Below are positions 61,472-64,000 of a stretch of 64,000 nt of DNA, one piece after another (within the stretch, counting starts at the first letter, position 1; each line of letters starts with the position of its first letter). The translations under genes and the position numbers were made by a program. The stretch spans positions 1-64,000 of the forward strand of contig DF237143.1 in NCBI GenBank assembly GCA_000708835.1, given 5' to 3'. Under the pieces are notes generated by a model that was not told where the DNA came from, made no database searches, and worked only from the letters and a program-made list of their open reading frames with translations. Source of the DNA: Klebsormidium nitens (lineage: Eukaryota > Plantae > Klebsormidiophyceae).

Positions 61472-62189
61472 TAAACAGAGGCTGGGGGATATGACCAGTC
61501 GCTGCTTCCTCCTTCGCCTTCCTTGGCCGAAATGTGTGCGGCCAGCTGCGTGTCACCTTAAAGCCTCGATCTAGCTAGTGACAAAAAAATCTGCAACGCT
61601 CTTCAGTGTCGCTATGCGGAGTGCTATGCGGAGTGCGTACGTAAGGATGATATGGTCCGCTCAAAGGCCGGGTAAAAGAGGACAGCAGATGCTGGGTCGA
61701 CCTGCTGTTTGTCCGGTCTGCAGAGCGTGTGGGAGAGCTGACCAGTGATAGAGTTAGTCAACTTTCAGCTTAATCGCTGGGTATCTTGTTAGCTGATGCG
61801 GCCACAAAGGGGAGAGTTTTTGAGCTGACCATGAACCAGGGAGATTAGCTAGTACCGATTCGTAAGCACAGCTGGAGTGCAATATACCTAACGATCTTCG
61901 GGATACCCTGTGCGCGACCGTAGAAGAAAAACAATTTGCTTGTCTTCAGGGGCAGCCCTCGGACGAGTTTGCGGACGCGTCTGTCAAAGCTTCTGCCAGC
62001 TCAGTGGGGTAGGGGGTGGTGTTACTGTGACTGACGTGCATCTGCTTCATTGGGGGCAAGAAAAGGTTCTTGTAGGACTGACCAGCTTGTTGAAGTTGGC
62101 AGCAATAGCTGTGGGAACAGAAGCGGGGTAAGCAGAACCGATGATGTCATAAGTTGCACTCAGCTTGGGTACCCGCAAGGAGCGGCGCG

Positions 62190-64000
62190 ATGAAGCTCTG
62201 CAGTGCGCCGGCCCTGCTGCAGGCCCTGGTGTTCGCTGCTCTTTGCTGGGTAAGTTGGACGCTTGCTGTGCCACGCTCCATATGGCGGGTCTTTCCATGA
62301 CCACTGGACAGTGGTAGAGAACCTGACTTCAAGCGTAACTGCCAAGCTGACCCGTTGTTGCGTCCTCAGCCTTCTGATTTGATATGCTGGAGAAAGATAG
62401 CTTATTCTTTTGTTCTCTTATTCAGATGTTGTGTCTGGTAAGAAGCATACACGGAAGTCTGGTTCGCAGGCATAGTACTGTAGTAGGGTTGGTTTGGACA
62501 GCCCACCATTCACCGTCCTTGGGACATCTGTGCCAGTGTTGTCCAAGCTGGGTTTGCGCACTCATGTAACTAAAACGAGCTCTCTTTTATGGTCAACATG
62601 TTCAGGGATTTGGCCTTGCACAAGAGGCGGGTTGCCGCAAATAGCCGATGCGCAAGTAGGGCGTGTCTCACAAGAGAATCTTTCTATCCTGTAGCCCACA
62701 ATTCCTAGCCCTGTTTGAAAGCCACTGTAATGCGGCAGTTGGATAGCAGCAGCGTGTTGAGATCAAATTGTGGGTAAACTGATCAATATACCCCTCGCAC
62801 TCATCACAAGCTTCTCGAGCAGCTCTTCTATTCACAAGAATTCCAACAAACGTTCGCCGCCCATCTCCAAACTCAGCAACCTGCATCGGGGCAAGAAGAA
62901 ACGTTCAGACCGACACAGAACAAGACTATCATGGATCTCACCTGGATTTGCATCCGGTGACCTGGAACTGCTTTGATTTTGCAGACGGCTGCCGCAGGCC
63001 CCCGGGGTATTTCGGAGCCAAATACTGTCGTCGGTCCCGGGAGCAGCGACTTGCCCGTCGCAAGGCTGCGGCCTTTTGCTGCTCTGACTGGGCCTCCGAC
63101 TCCAAAGGGTATCACATACCAGTGAGCCTTTCAATTTTGTCCCCTTCTGAGACGAGTTTGGGGTTTAACTCAGCAAGGTAGAGAGTCCACCCATTTGCGG
63201 ACATTGTCTTTGTAAACAGGCAGCACGTGTTAACTTCAAGAACATCCTAAACTTCGGTTTAAAAATTAGTCCAGCGTCTTCCATCGTATTGAATTGAGGT
63301 ATAGTGCAATTCGGCCAGGGAGTATTGAGGCGAAGCTGCAGTTTGGCGTAAAGGGTGTTCCGGTGTGCAGTAGTGAACCGGCAGGTAACCCGCCTCTGAA
63401 TCAGACCCGCTGTTAACAGCTGTCGGCTGCTTCCTGACCAAGTGTCACGTGTCCCTTCTGCAGTGGTGGTCCTATTCTGAGCAAACCACTTACTGTCTAT
63501 TTCATCTGGTATGGGGCGGCGTTCACTGCAGCCCAGAAAAATATCTTCAAGGGGCTCGTCAGTTCTTTCTCGCCGAGCTCGAACACAGGCAACACTGGTG
63601 AGTCGAGCCGATCCATCCGGACTGGCACACTTGAAACCAGAATGGAGGTTGAAAACTGCAATTTCAAGCTTTGCATCAGAATTCAGAACACTTCGCAGTT
63701 TCCTACGTTCCGTATCAGGGGCGAACGAGAGCTCGATCGCGTTTGCGTGCTGCCGCAGAATGACTACTGACGGATCACATAGGCGCCCTCAAAGAAGACC
63801 ATCCGGTTTCTGACACTCCAAACAGCACGCAACCAGCGTGCGGTTGATCCCCGTAGGCGTAAACGTAAAGAAGACGATACAAGCAGCTATTTACGTCGCT
63901 GGTTCCTTTCCTGCAGCTCAATTGTGGTGGGCGAGCGTCAATGCTTACTACGACGGCAACCAGAACCACGTCTCCCCGACTGTGGCTCTGGGAGCCGATT
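62190..64000 (+). CDS. EXORDIUM/PHI-1-like secreted protein, 3' truncated by the window; exons 62190-62249, 62985-63121, 63464-63597, 63917-end
   Basis: A signal-peptide-like MKLCSAPALLQALVFAALCW is followed by ...GITY|HGGPILSKPLTVYFIWYGAAFTAAQKNIFKGLVSSF...|AQLWWASVNAYYD, matching the YH.G..L....V.LIWYG...WW.....YY pattern of the PHI-1 family. Phases are consistent. Confidence 0.77.

Noticed and set aside
1-64000. tRNA, rRNA or snRNA genes
   Set aside because: I recognised no cloverleaf, A/B-box pair or rRNA signature by eye. A tRNAscan-SE or Infernal run would be needed to exclude them.

Overview
This is eukaryotic, intron-rich (GT-AG) nuclear DNA. The gene set looks streptophyte, most consistent with a Klebsormidium-like charophyte alga (inference from gene content, not verified). 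I hand-spliced 12 genes, which lie in strict strand alternation: orphan 3-exon gene (-), ORP4-type oxysterol-binding protein (+), exosome RRP41 (-), DUF1997 protein (+), DUF662-like coiled-coil protein (-), TOM2A-like tetraspanin (+), mitochondrial uS5 (-), FKBP20-1 (+), bacterial-type kynureninase (-), RELCH/KIAA1468 (+), a 21-exon ~1,095-aa tandem-repeat protein (-) and a partial EXORDIUM/PHI-1-like gene (+). Five observations stand out. (1) The repeat protein has nine ~105-aa two-exon modules behind a bipartite chloroplast plus thylakoid-lumen targeting peptide, and I do not recognise its family. (2) Arrays of fixed-length (54-55 bp) palindromic units lie inside and downstream of the orphan gene at the window start. 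(3) Decayed tandem copies of intron-exon junctions recur in introns of the kynureninase and RELCH genes. (4) The kynureninase is bacterial-type yet carries spliceosomal introns. (5) A MITE-like element carrying two G-box/ABRE-like motifs sits in a divergent promoter. I found no rRNA, tRNA or CRISPR array. All assignments come from reading the sequence and from recall of protein families; no searches were run.
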